Shown here piece by piece: positions 53,872-64,000 of a stretch of 64,000 nt of DNA; position 1 is the stretch's first letter, and each line of letters begins with the position of its first letter. Where the stretch lies: contig CAVSQW010000006.1 of the NCBI GenBank assembly GCA_963730185.1, positions 352,001-416,000 on the forward strand. The letters run 5' to 3'. The notes below the pieces were generated by a model. It saw only the letters and a program-made list of their open reading frames with translations. It had not been told where the DNA came from and made no database searches. Source of the DNA: an uncultured Gemmatimonadales bacterium (GTDB lineage: Bacteria; Gemmatimonadota; Gemmatimonadetes; Gemmatimonadales; GWC2-71-9). Position numbers and translations under genes: made by a program.

Positions 53872-56289
53872 TCACTCGTTGCGCAATGCGACGATGGGGT
53901 CGACCGCCGCGGCCCGCCGCGCTGGCAGGTACCCGGCGACCAGCGCAACCACACCCAACAGCAGAGCGGCGGCCCCGAGCACCCGGGGGTCGGACGGGCT
54001 GGTGTCGAACAGGATGGCCTCCATGCCCCGCCCGAGGGCCAGGGCCCCCACCAGCCCGATAATGACGCCGGTCAGCGCCAGCCGCGCCGCGCCGCCCACC
54101 ACCAGCCGAACGACGCCGCCGCGACTGGCGCCGAGGGCTGCGCGGACGCCCAGCTCCCGGGTGCGGCGCGCCACGGCGTAGGACATCACGCCGTAGATGC
54201 CGACCGCCGCCAGGATCAGGGCGATGATCGCCGACACCGCCAGCATCTGCGCCGTGGCGGACTGGGGCGAGGTAACGGTCGCCACCACCCGATTCATCGG
54301 CGTCACCTCACCGGCGGCCAAGCGCGGGTCGAGCCGCCCGATCGCCGCCTGCAACGGGAGGGTCAGCGAGCCGGGATCGCCGCGGGTGGGAAGGACCAGG
54401 TACGCGGTGCGGGCGGGCCACTGCGGCAGCGGCACGTACACCACGTCCAGGGGCGCGTCGGCCGTGAGCGGGTTGCCGCGGACGTCGCCCACGACGCCGA
54501 CGACCTCCATCGACCGGTTGCCTCGGACCAGGCGCCGACCCACCGCGCCGCCGGCAGGGAAGAACCGGCGCGCCGCGCTCTCGCTCAACACGGAGACCGC
54601 CGGCGCATCCTGCCGATCGCCCGCCGCGAGGAACCGGCCGCTCGCGAGCGGGACCGTGAGGCTCGGCAGGTAACCCGGCGACACCCGCCGGAATCCGGCG
54701 ACCGGGGCATCCTCGACTCGCTCGGGCCGCTCGGTCTCCGAGTAGAACGCGGCCCGCTGGTCGCTCCACGTCATGGGCAGCACCGTGGTCAGCTCGGCGG
54801 CCTCGACGCCCGGGAGCGCGGCGGCGGCTTCCCGGAGGCGGTCCCAGAATCGGGTCACCACGCTGTCCGTGGCGTAGTCGGACGCGGGCAGGGAGACCGC
54901 GGCCGTGAGCACCCGCTCGGTCCGGAAGCCGGGGTAGGCGACGCTGAGGCGCCGGAAGGTGGCCACCATCAGCCCGGCGCCGGCCACCAGCATCAAGGCG
55001 AGCGCGATCTCGCCGACGACGAGCGCCGCCCTGAGCCGGCGCGCGCCCAGGCGGCGTGACCCGCCGGTGCCGGCGTCCTTGAGGGTGGTGACGACGTCGA
55101 CCCGGGAGCCGGCCAGGGCCGGCGCCAACCCGAACAGCACGCCGGACACCATCGACACGATCGCGGCGACCGCGAAGGCGCGGGCATCCAGCCGAATCAA
55201 CCCGAATCCCGGGAGGTACCGCTGCACGTCGGCCGGCACCGTCGCGGCAACCCCTCGAGTTCCCCAATACGCAAGCAGCACCCCGACCGCTCCGCCCGCC
55301 AGGGCGAGCAGCAGGCTCTCCGCGAGGAGCTGGGCGACCAGTCGCCCGCGCGAGGCACCCAAGGCGACGCGAATCCCGGTCTCGCGGCGCCGGCCGGTGG
55401 CCCGAACCAGCAGCAGGTTGGCCACGTTGGCGCAGGCGATCAGGAGCAGAAAGGCCACCGCGCCGAGCAGGACCAGCATGAAGGGGCGCGGCCCGGAGCC
55501 GAAGAACGCCTCGGCCGGCCGGGTGTAGAGCACGCGCCCCTGGTAGGCGCCCGGCCAGGCCGCGGCGAGCCGGGCGCCAAGGGCCTGGACCGCCGCCTCG
55601 GCCTGCTGGGCGGTCACCCCGGGGGCCAGGCGCGCGAGCATGTTCAGGCTCCGCCCGGTCCGGTCGGCGGCCTCGGCCGGCGTCAGCGCGAGCGGCGCCC
55701 AGAGCTCGACCCCGGCCGGAAAGGCGAAGTCGGGCTGCATCACCCCGACGACGCTCCAGGCTTCGCCGTTCAGTCGGATGGCGCGCCCCACCACGGTCGG
55801 GTCGGCTCCGAAGTGGCTCTGCCAGAGGCCGTGGGAGAGCACCACGACCCGGTCGGCCCCGGGCACCATCTCGTCGGCCCTGAAGGTGCGACCCAGTCGG
55901 GGCGAGCGGCCGGTGAGGCGGAAGAAATCGGCGCTCACCCGCATGGCCGTGACCCGCTCGGGCAGCTCCACGCCAGTGAGATTGGCGCCGAAGCCGCTCA
56001 CCGCGGCGGCGGCGCTGAACACCCGGAGCGAGGCGATGTCGGTGAACGTGGCCGGGGCCACGTTGCTCTCCCGCTCGGGCGCCTGCGCCGGGCCGTCGGC
56101 CACGAACAGGAGCCGGTCCGGTTCGACGAGCTGCGGGAGCGGATGAAAAGTGAAGGCGGAGGCAGTGCTGTAGATCGTGGTCACGGCGCCGATGCCGAGC
56201 CCGATGCAGAGGACGGCCAGGAGGGAAACCAGCGGCGCGCCGCGCAGGGCCCGAACGGCCATGCGGGTGGCAAAGCGGATGTCCAGCAC
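53872..56289 (-). CDS. ADOP-family duplicated ABC transporter permease (MacB/FtsX)
   Basis: LGIGAVTTI, LLIACANVANLLL, GIYGVMSYAV..RTRELG, PARRA..VDP; AAGGAGA before the GTG. Confidence 0.93.
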   Translation of the reverse strand: MLDIRFATRMAVRALRGAPLVSLLAVLCIGLGIGAVTTIYSTASAFTFHPLPQLVEPDRLLFVADGPAQAPERESNVAPATFTDIASLRVFSAAAAVSGFGANLTGVELPERVTAMRVSADFFRLTGRSPRLGRTFRADEMVPGADRVVVLSHGLWQSHFGADPTVVGRAIRLNGEAWSVVGVMQPDFAFPAGVELWAPLALTPAEAADRTGRSLNMLARLAPGVTAQQAEAAVQALGARLAAAWPGAYQGRVLYTRPAEAFFGSGPRPFMLVLLGAVAFLLLIACANVANLLLVRATGRRRETGIRVALGASRGRLVAQLLAESLLLALAGGAVGVLLAYWGTRGVAATVPADVQRYLPGFGLIRLDARAFAVAAIVSMVSGVLFGLAPALAGSRVDVVTTLKDAGTGGSRRLGARRLRAALVVGEIALALMLVAGAGLMVATFRRLSVAYPGFRTERVLTAAVSLPASDYATDSVVTRFWDRLREAAAALPGVEAAELTTVLPMTWSDQRAAFYSETERPERVEDAPVAGFRRVSPGYLPSLTVPLASGRFLAAGDRQDAPAVSVLSESAARRFFPAGGAVGRRLVRGNRSMEVVGVVGDVRGNPLTADAPLDVVYVPLPQWPARTAYLVLPTRGDPGSLTLPLQAAIGRLDPRLAAGEVTPMNRVVATVTSPQSATAQMLAVSAIIALILAAVGIYGVMSYAVARRTRELGVRAALGASRGGVVRLVVGGAARLALTGVIIGLVGALALGRGMEAILFDTSPSDPRVLGAAALLLGVVALVAGYLPARRAAAVDPIVALRNE

Positions 56290-56514
56290 GTTATCTCCTT
56301 GGCTTTGGCGGATGACGGGCGGCCCCCGGACACGCTCGGCCGACCAGACCCGGTATTCGATACGTTCGCGGGAGCGGCGGGTTTCAGCTGGAACCTGTGC
56401 CGCACCATTCTCCGTTGGGTGGCGCCGGCCCGTGCTTGGCGCCACCTTTCCCGGTCTCCAACCCGATGCCGTGATGGCCCTTCGAGACCCTCGCCAACCG
56501 CGTGGGAGACGACA

Positions 56515-57234
56515 ATGAGTGACCTGCATGACCCCGACCGTCGATACACGGATCGGGAAGTGGCGCTGGTGTTGCGACGTGCGGCGGCAATCGACGAGCG
56601 GGGCTCGACAGACACGGCACCAGCCCGTGGTCTGACCCTTCGCGAGCTGCACGAGATTGCCCGCGAGGTGGGGCTCAGTCCTGCGGCAATCGACCAGGCG
56701 GTCGGCGGACTGCGGTCGGGCGGGCACGCTGCCGGCGTTTCCCTCATGGGGGCCCCGGTTTCGCACAAGACCGTCCGCGCCGTGCCCGGCCGTCTGCAGG
56801 ACGAGGCACTCCAGGGTCTCATCAGGGTCATCGAGGAGCAGGTCGACGCGACCGGGACCGTGACGGAGGCGTTGGGAACGGTGCGGTGGACGAGTGTGGC
56901 GCGCGGCCACCGATTCTCTCCGACCATGCAGGTCTCACTGACGCCTGCTGACGGGGAGACGCGGGTTCATGTCGTCCAGCGATATCCCGCGCAGCTCCGC
57001 GCCATCCTGCAATTCTTGCCGACGAGCTGGGGCCTGATGATTGGGGGTGTCGTCGCCGCGTCGATTGGGGTGGGAGTCGTGTCCGGCATCGGGCTGGCAG
57101 CCGGCACGGGGATCCTTGGGTTGGGGATCGGCCGTACGGTGTGGCGCGCCATCTCCCGCCGCAACGAGCGTGTCGTGGAGCGGATCATGCAGACCGTCGT
57201 CGGAGCCGCGAACGACCGTCCGTCGACCTCTTGA
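56515..57234 (+). CDS. hypothetical membrane protein
   Basis: RRYTDREVALVLRRAA..LTLRELHEIAREVG; two C-terminal TM segments; GGGAG RBS. Confidence 0.8.
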   Translation: MSDLHDPDRRYTDREVALVLRRAAAIDERGSTDTAPARGLTLRELHEIAREVGLSPAAIDQAVGGLRSGGHAAGVSLMGAPVSHKTVRAVPGRLQDEALQGLIRVIEEQVDATGTVTEALGTVRWTSVARGHRFSPTMQVSLTPADGETRVHVVQRYPAQLRAILQFLPTSWGLMIGGVVAASIGVGVVSGIGLAAGTGILGLGIGRTVWRAISRRNERVVERIMQTVVGAANDRPSTS

Positions 57235-57396
57235 GGGCCACGAAGGACCTGGACCGCGCGGGAAGGGGAGCGACCCGCTGGGATGGGAGTTGAAGGTCAC
57301 CGAATGGGTGTCGGGGAACCGCGAGGACCCGACAGGATTGGCCGCGGCGTTAGATTGGGACGCTCCCGACGACTATTCCCTTCCCCCGGCCCGCCC

Positions 57397-58871
57397 ATGG
57401 TCTTCCGCGCCCGCTGGTTCCCCCTCGCCTTCGCGATTGGCGCGGGCACGCTGGCCGCCCAGTCGGCGGCCCGGCTCGATTCGGTCGCCCGGGCAACTCA
57501 TCACCCGAGAGCAGGTCGCGGGAGCGTCCGTGCTGGTCGCGCGGGGCGGACGGATCCTGCTCCATCAGGGGTACGGCTTCGCCGACGTCGGGCTCGAGGC
57601 TCCGACCCGGCCGGAGACGGTCTATCACGTCGTCGGTCCGATGCTCCCCTTCACCGGGGTCGCGGTGATGCAGCTGGTCGATCAGGGCCGGCTCGGCCTC
57701 GACGACGAGCTCGCCAAGTACGTCCCGGAGTTCCCGCTCCAGGGACACCGGGTCACCATCCGGCAGCTCTTGGCTCACACGTCGGGGATCGTCGACTACC
57801 ACTACCTGGGCGATCCGATCGAGGCCACCAGCCGGATCCCGAAGGGGCTCGACGAGGTGATGGCGCTCTACGCGGGCAAGGCCTGGGTCAACGAGCCCGG
57901 CACCCGGTGGGACTGGTCGATCTCCGGCTTCCAGCTCCTGGTCACCGTGGTCGAGCGGATCACCGGGCAGTCGTTCGCCGACTACGTGGCCGAGCACCTC
58001 CTCCGACCGGCGGGGGTCGGCTCGACCAGCTACTGCGACGATCACTCGCTGGTCCGGGGGCTCTCTCACGCCTACCGCCGGCTCGACGGCGAGTTCATCG
58101 AGGCGCGCGAGAACGACATGGCCTACAACGCCGACCTCAGATTCTGCAGCACCGTCGGCGACCTCTATCAGACTGTGGACCGCGCTCCGGAACGGAAAGC
58201 TGCTCGGTCCAGCGTCGTTCCGCCTGATGGCGACGCCGGAAGGCCCCGGCGCGCGGCAGGATCCTCGCGACTCGCTGGTCCAGTACGGTCTGGCGCTCTC
58301 GCTCAACCACGAGGACCAGCACCGTCGGTTCGGGCAGCACGGGTCGCTCTTCGGGTACAGCGGGAGCCTCTACGAGTTTCCCGCCGACAGCCTGACGATC
58401 GTGGTCCTCTCGAATACGGAGGGGCAGAACGCCTACGCGATAACGCGGGCGCTGGCTCGCGAGGTGCTCGGCCTGGCGCCGCTGCCGGTCGCGGAGCGCC
58501 GCCCGCCCCGCCGGCTCGCCGACCTCCCGGTCGACGCCGCCGAGATGGCCCGGCTCGAGGGAACCTACCGGCTCAAGGTCCGGCGACTCTCACCGGGCCT
58601 CCACGATTCGTACGCCCAGTACGTCCGAACGGTCCGGGTCTTCGATCAGAACGGGCACTTCCTGCTCCAGCGTCTCGGCGAGGGCCCCGAGGCACTCCTC
58701 AAGCAAGAGGACGGGAACTTCGCGATCCGGTCGACCCCGAACACCAGGGTGGTGTTCGCGCTGGTGGGCGGCAAGGCGACCCGGCTCTCGCTCGACCCCC
58801 AGGGCCAGGGGCTCGATCTCGCCGGCGACCGAATCGGCGCTGGCGACCCCGCTACCTTCCACCGGCAGTGA
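57397..58871 (+). CDS. exported beta-lactamase-fold protein lacking catalytic motifs; frameshifts near 57492 and 58170
   Basis: GYGFAD, TIRQLLAHTSG and PGTRW retained; SxxK position reads VGPML and YxN position reads WSI. Confidence 0.8.
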
Positions 58872-58896
58872 GGAAGGACCGGCTTCGCCGGCGGAC

Positions 58897-59058
58897 CCTA
58901 CAGCCCTCAACGCGGCCCTGACCGGACGCTACCGCCTGGAGCGCGAGCTCGGGGCGGGCGCGGTGGGACCTAGGTTCCGCTTCATGCTCAACGTCTATCT
59001 CGGACCAAAGCTCCGGGCCGACCCCAGGCTCCCGGCCGCAATGGGTCTCGGCAACTAA
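58897..59058 (+). pseudogene. Ser/Thr kinase deletion scar (N-terminus fused to C-terminal tail)
   Basis: LNAALTGRYRLERELGAG joined in frame to LRADPRL..MGLGN*. Confidence 0.6.
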
Positions 59059-59210
59059 TTGACCAACAGGGCTGCCATCTCGGACCGTTCACCTAAACCA
59101 GCCGCAGTGCGGCGACGGGCCCCACAACAGATTTTACCGCAGAGTACGGCGAGACTGCAGGGCGGGAGGTACTTTCCACCCGAGGCCTCTTTGCCCTCCG
59201 GGAGAATTCG

Positions 59211-60635
59211 ATGCGCTCCGTGCCCCTTGCCGCCGCCTTGCTCCTCGCCCCTTCCCCCGCCGGCGCGCAATCCACCCTACCACCCCAAGTCCAGGCCTAC
59301 GTCTCCGTCCGCGCCCCGGTCGTCGCTCTGACCCACGCCACCCTGATCGACGGGACCGGCCGGCCGGCCCGGACCGACCAGACGGTGATCGTCTCCGGGG
59401 AGCGGATCTCGGCCGTCGGCCAGAGTAGCACGACCCCCGTGCCCGACGGCGCGACCGTGGTCGACCTGACCGGGCAGACCCTCATGCCCGGGATCATCGG
59501 GCTCCACGACCACATGTACTACAGCTCGCCGGTCGCCGGGTCGATGAGCCCGATGCGGATCAGCTATCCGCGGCTCTTCCTCGGCGCCGGGGTGACGACG
59601 ATCCGGACCACCGGGAGCGTCGACTCCTACCAGGAGCTCAACATCCGGCAGCGGATCCTGGCGGGCCAGCAGGTCGGTCCCGAGATCGTGGTCACCGGCC
59701 CCTACATCCAGGGCGAGGGCGGCGGAATCGGCGCCATGCACGCCCTGAGCGGCCCCGACGGCGCCCGGCGGCTGGTGACCTACTGGGCCGACGAGGGCGT
59801 CACCTGGTTCAAGGCCTACACCACCGTGACCCGGGCCGAGCTCAAGGCGGCCATCGACGCGGCCCACCAGCACGGAGTGAAGGTGACGGCCCACCTCTGC
59901 TCGGTCGGGTTCCGCGAGGCCACGGCCCTGGGGATCGACAACCTCGAGCACGGGCTACTCACCGACACCGAGTTCTACCCGGGCAAGGAGCCCGACGTCT
60001 GCCCCTCCGACTACGCCGCCCTGACCCGCATGTGGGCCGACCTGGACCTGGACCGCCCCGACGTGAAGCAGACCATCCGGGAGATGGTGGCCGGCCACGT
60101 GGCGATGACCTCGACCCTCGCCGTGATGGAGCTGTCGTCGCCGAGCCGGGTGCCGAGGGACCCGCGGGTGCTGGCGGCGCTCCATCCGGAGGCGGCCGCC
60201 GCGGTGGAGAAGTACTACCAGACCGGCGACTCGGCGAAAGACGGCGTGGACCGGCGCGCGCTCGCCAAGGCGATGGCGTTCGAGCGGGCCTTCGTGGCCG
60301 CCGGCGGGCTCCTGGGTGCCGGATCGGACCCCTGCTGCCTCTCGGCCATCGCGGGCTTCGCCGATCAGCGGAACTTCGAGCTGCTGGTCGACGCCGGTTT
60401 CCCAACCGAGACGGCGGTCCGGATCATGACGGCCAACGGGGCCTCGATCCTGGGCTTCCAGGACCGGGTCGGCACGATCGAGCCCGGCAAGACGGCCGAC
60501 CTGCTCGTGCTGGACGGCGACCTGACCCGGGATCCCCGGGTAATCCGCCGGACCCGGACCGTTTTCCGACTGGGTATCGGGTACGACTCGGCCAAGCTGC
60601 TCGACTCGATCAAGGGGCTGGTCGGACTGCGATAG
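59211..60635 (+). CDS. exported amidohydrolase-family protein
   Basis: PGIIGLHDH, GVTTIR, TAH, LEHG, GSD, GTIEPGKTADL. Confidence 0.92.
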   Translation: MRSVPLAAALLLAPSPAGAQSTLPPQVQAYVSVRAPVVALTHATLIDGTGRPARTDQTVIVSGERISAVGQSSTTPVPDGATVVDLTGQTLMPGIIGLHDHMYYSSPVAGSMSPMRISYPRLFLGAGVTTIRTTGSVDSYQELNIRQRILAGQQVGPEIVVTGPYIQGEGGGIGAMHALSGPDGARRLVTYWADEGVTWFKAYTTVTRAELKAAIDAAHQHGVKVTAHLCSVGFREATALGIDNLEHGLLTDTEFYPGKEPDVCPSDYAALTRMWADLDLDRPDVKQTIREMVAGHVAMTSTLAVMELSSPSRVPRDPRVLAALHPEAAAAVEKYYQTGDSAKDGVDRRALAKAMAFERAFVAAGGLLGAGSDPCCLSAIAGFADQRNFELLVDAGFPTETAVRIMTANGASILGFQDRVGTIEPGKTADLLVLDGDLTRDPRVIRRTRTVFRLGIGYDSAKLLDSIKGLVGLR

Positions 60636-60703
60636 CACCCGGGCCGCCCCAAGCCCACCCGGCGCTCGGAAGGGCTCCGTGATCGGGCGCTCCCAAGAAT
60701 CGG

Positions 60704-60795
60704 AATCAACCGCAGAGTGCGCGGAGGTCGCAGAGGGGCAACGATGCCTCTGTGTTCTCTGCGCACTCTGCGGTCAATCAGTCGTAGTTGTTGGT
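60704..60795 (+). repeat. REP-like hairpin with GTT-rich tail, copy 3
   Basis: AATCAACCGCAGAGTGCGCGGAG...CTCTGCGCACTCTGCGGTCAATCAGTCGTAGTTGTTG. Confidence 0.8.
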
Positions 60796-61012
60796 GCCGC
60801 CCGGAGCCGGGCCGAACCCGCTCCGCGAAGGCGCTCACCTCGGCGTTCGGTTGATCGCTTCCCAGCATGAGCGCGCTCTCGACCCTCGGCCACGACGGCA
60901 GTCCACCTCCGGCAAGCCGATCACCAGGCGACCGGCGCCCCTTTCGGACGTTCCCGTTTGAAACCTGAGAATCATCCCCGGCGTAGGGCAGCTACTTCGA
61001 TCGGGATAATCC

Positions 61013-63451
61013 ATGTCGGCCCTGCTGCAAGACCTCCGCTCGGCATTTCGGCTGATCGTCAAGAATCCCACGTTTTCCGCCATCGTCATCGCCACCCTGG
61101 CTCTGGGCATCGGGCTCAATACGGCGGTGTTTTCGGCCCTCGACGGACTCCTCCTCCGCCCCCTCCCCGGGGTCCGGAACGCGGACGAGCTGGTCCAGGT
61201 CTACCGGACCTGGCCCGGGATGCTCTACGGCTCCAATTCGGTGCCCCATTTCCTCGACGTTCGGGACCGGAGCAGGGATGTCTTCAGCGACGCGGCGATC
61301 TGGGGGTTCGTCCCGATGAACCTGTCGGTGAACGGCCATCCGCGTCGGATCATGGGGCAATTGGTCTCGGCCGACTACTTCAAGGTGTTCGGGGTGAACC
61401 CGACCCTGGGTCGGACCTTCGTGCCCGCGGAGGACAGCGGGCGGGGCGCTCATCCGGTGGTGGTTCTGAGCCATCAGGGATGGGTCGAACTGTTCGGAGC
61501 CGACCCGGGGGTGATCGGGAAGACCCTCGTGCTCGACGGCCAGACCTACTCGGTGATCGGGGTGGCGCCCGAAGCGTTCAAGGGGGGAATGGCGATCCTG
61601 ACCCCCCTGGTGTGGGCCCCGGTGACCCAGAGCGACCAGCTGGAACCTGGCTCGAACCGCTGGGAACGCCGGGGCAACAACTCCTTCAACATGGTCGCTC
61701 GGTTCAAGCCCGGGGTGACCGTCGAGCGGGCTCAGAGCAGGATGCAGGCGATTCTGGGCCAGCTGCGGGAGCTCTACCCGGACGACTATCGCCACAGCGG
61801 GATCGGCCTGGTGCTGCAGTCCGACGCCGGGATCCATCCGATGTTCCGGAGCGCCCAGCTCAGTTTGAGTGCGGTGATCATGGGGGTCGTCCTCCTGCTG
61901 CTGCTCATCGCCTGCGTCAACGTCGCCAACCTGATGCTGGCGCGGGCCCGGGACCGGTCCCGGGAGATGGCGGTGCGGCTCAGTATCGGGGCCCGGCGGT
62001 CGGTCCTGATCCGGCAGCTGCTGACGGAGAGCCTGGTGCTGTCGCTGCTGGCCGGGCTGGCTGGGCTGGCGGTGGCCTGGTGGGCGATGAACATCGTCAA
62101 CCGGGCGGTGGCCGGTCTGGCGCTCCAGATTCAGATCACTCCCGATCTCCACATCAGTCCGACGGTGCTGGCCTTCACGCTCGGGGCTTCGCTGCTGACC
62201 GGGGTCCTCTTCGGACTGGCGCCGGCCCTGCAGGCGACCCGCCCCGACCTGGTGCCGGCCCTCAAGGGCGAGGCGCCGGCGGGCGGTTCGAAGTCGCGAA
62301 TGAGCCGGGGGCTGGTGATCGCCCAGATGGCGCTTTCGATCGTGCTGCTCATCTCGGCCGGCCTGTTCCTCCGGAACCTCCAGGCCGCCACCCGGATCGA
62401 CAAGGGTTTCATCAGCGACAATCTCCTCCTCGCCGACGTGGATCCGGGCCTTCAGGGGTATTCCCGGGCCCGGACCGAGGACTTCTACCGGCAGCTCACC
62501 GAGCGGCTCGAGGCGTCGCCGAGCGTCAAATCCGTGAGCTACACCAACACCCAGCAGCTCAGCCTCGCCGGCAGCGACTGGGGAGTCACGATTCCCGGGT
62601 ACACGCCCGCGCCGGACGAGAACATGTCGATCTACGTGGCGACCGTCACGCCGGGTTACTTCGAGACGATGGGCATTCCCATGCTCAAGGGTCGCGGCTT
62701 CACACCTCAAGACGACAGCGCGGCCGCCCGGGTCATCGTGATCAACCAACGATTCGCCGACCGGTTCTGGCCCGGCCAGGACCCGATCGGCCGAACCGTC
62801 CGAGTCGGCGGCGGCGAGCACACCGTGGTCGGGATGACGCCGACCGGTCGGTACCGCAGCTTGGGCGAGACTCCAACCGCCTACATGTGGCTGGCGCAGG
62901 CGCAGCACTGGGAAACCGGCATGAATGTGGTGATCCGAACCGTCGGCGATCCGCAGGCGGTGGTGCCGTTGCTCCGCCGGGAGGTGGCGGCCCTCGATCC
63001 CAATCTCCCCCTCGCGTCGGTCAACTCGATGAATGACCGGCTGGGCATCACCTTCCTCCCGGCCCGGCTGGCCGCGACGGTCCTCGGTGTGTTCGGGATC
63101 CTGGGCCTGGTGCTCGCCTCCCTCGGCGTCTACGGCGTGATGTCGCACGCGGTGGTCCAGCGGACCCGGGAGATCGGGATCCGGCTCGCCATCGGCGCGG
63201 GCGCGCCGGCCGTGGTCCGGACCGTGATGGGCGACGGGATGGCCCTGGTGGGGATCGGGATCGCGGTCGGGCTGGGAGGCGCGCTGGGCGCGGCCCGGCT
63301 GATGAGCGGCGTTCTCTACGGCACCGGCCTCGATCCGGCCACCTTCGCGGTGGTGCCTCTGGTCCTCGGTGGGGTGGCGGCGCTGGCCATCTGGATTCCG
63401 GCCCGCCGGGCGGCGGCCGTCAACCCGGTGGTGGTGCTCCGCCAGGAGTGA
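61013..63451 (+). CDS. ADOP-family duplicated ABC transporter permease
   Basis: QDLR, TLALGIGLNTAVF, LLIACVNVANL, GVYGV, RTREIGIR, PARRA. Confidence 0.94.
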   Translation: MSALLQDLRSAFRLIVKNPTFSAIVIATLALGIGLNTAVFSALDGLLLRPLPGVRNADELVQVYRTWPGMLYGSNSVPHFLDVRDRSRDVFSDAAIWGFVPMNLSVNGHPRRIMGQLVSADYFKVFGVNPTLGRTFVPAEDSGRGAHPVVVLSHQGWVELFGADPGVIGKTLVLDGQTYSVIGVAPEAFKGGMAILTPLVWAPVTQSDQLEPGSNRWERRGNNSFNMVARFKPGVTVERAQSRMQAILGQLRELYPDDYRHSGIGLVLQSDAGIHPMFRSAQLSLSAVIMGVVLLLLLIACVNVANLMLARARDRSREMAVRLSIGARRSVLIRQLLTESLVLSLLAGLAGLAVAWWAMNIVNRAVAGLALQIQITPDLHISPTVLAFTLGASLLTGVLFGLAPALQATRPDLVPALKGEAPAGGSKSRMSRGLVIAQMALSIVLLISAGLFLRNLQAATRIDKGFISDNLLLADVDPGLQGYSRARTEDFYRQLTERLEASPSVKSVSYTNTQQLSLAGSDWGVTIPGYTPAPDENMSIYVATVTPGYFETMGIPMLKGRGFTPQDDSAAARVIVINQRFADRFWPGQDPIGRTVRVGGGEHTVVGMTPTGRYRSLGETPTAYMWLAQAQHWETGMNVVIRTVGDPQAVVPLLRREVAALDPNLPLASVNSMNDRLGITFLPARLAATVLGVFGILGLVLASLGVYGVMSHAVVQRTREIGIRLAIGAGAPAVVRTVMGDGMALVGIGIAVGLGGALGAARLMSGVLYGTGLDPATFAVVPLVLGGVAALAIWIPARRAAAVNPVVVLRQE

Positions 63452-63512
63452 CGGGGCCGCGCCGGCGCCGGAAAGTCTCGGGCGGATCTGGCGCATCGGA
63501 GCGGCTCCGTGA

Positions 63513-63836
<324 letters not shown>

Positions 63837-64000
63837 TAGATGCCAAGTGTTGCCTTCGAGAAGGTTACGCCTCCTGTAGAGGCTGGAGGGCGAAAACCAT
63901 CGACCGCGAAGCACGGGAAGAGCCCGGTGGTGGAGGACTGTCGAGCGGCACGGAGACATATAAGCGCGACTAATGCTTTCCATAGGTGACATTAGCGCCG

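Noticed and set aside
47786..60795. CRISPR array or integron attC interpretation of the repeats
   Set aside because: Copies are kilobases apart, diverged and not flanking single cassettes; no cas or integrase gene

Overview
High-GC bacterial chromosome segment. The gene content (ADOP-type duplicated ABC permeases, an ECF sigma/Ser-Thr kinase pair, many exported peptidases) suggests Gemmatimonadota or a relative; this is inference only. 0-8.5 kb: benzoyl-CoA catabolic cluster joining the anaerobic class I reductase (bcrC, start of bcrB) to aerobic boxC-boxB. There is no boxA in the window, and the two promoters share a 13-mer and a GAAC-N4-GTTC palindrome. 10.5-13.4 kb: a SAM-II riboswitch with a terminator precedes a threonine-synthase-like enzyme, a ubiquitin-like sulfur carrier and MoeZ, probably a sulfur-carrier route to homocysteine/methionine. 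13.5-41 kb: DNA glycosylases, desaturase, tricorn protease and proline iminopeptidase, a structured leader RNA at about 24 kb, several exported hydrolases, OmpA, Ser/Thr kinase-ECF and DUF2961. 41-57 kb: a hybrid histidine kinase and an ADOP permease whose 3' ends are duplicated in tandem around two different cargos. A REP-like hairpin family with a (GTT)n tail occurs 3-4 times. About 14 single-base frameshifts look like sequencing-consensus errors, whereas several internally deleted gene scars look real. No rRNA, tRNA, CRISPR array or transposase was recognised.
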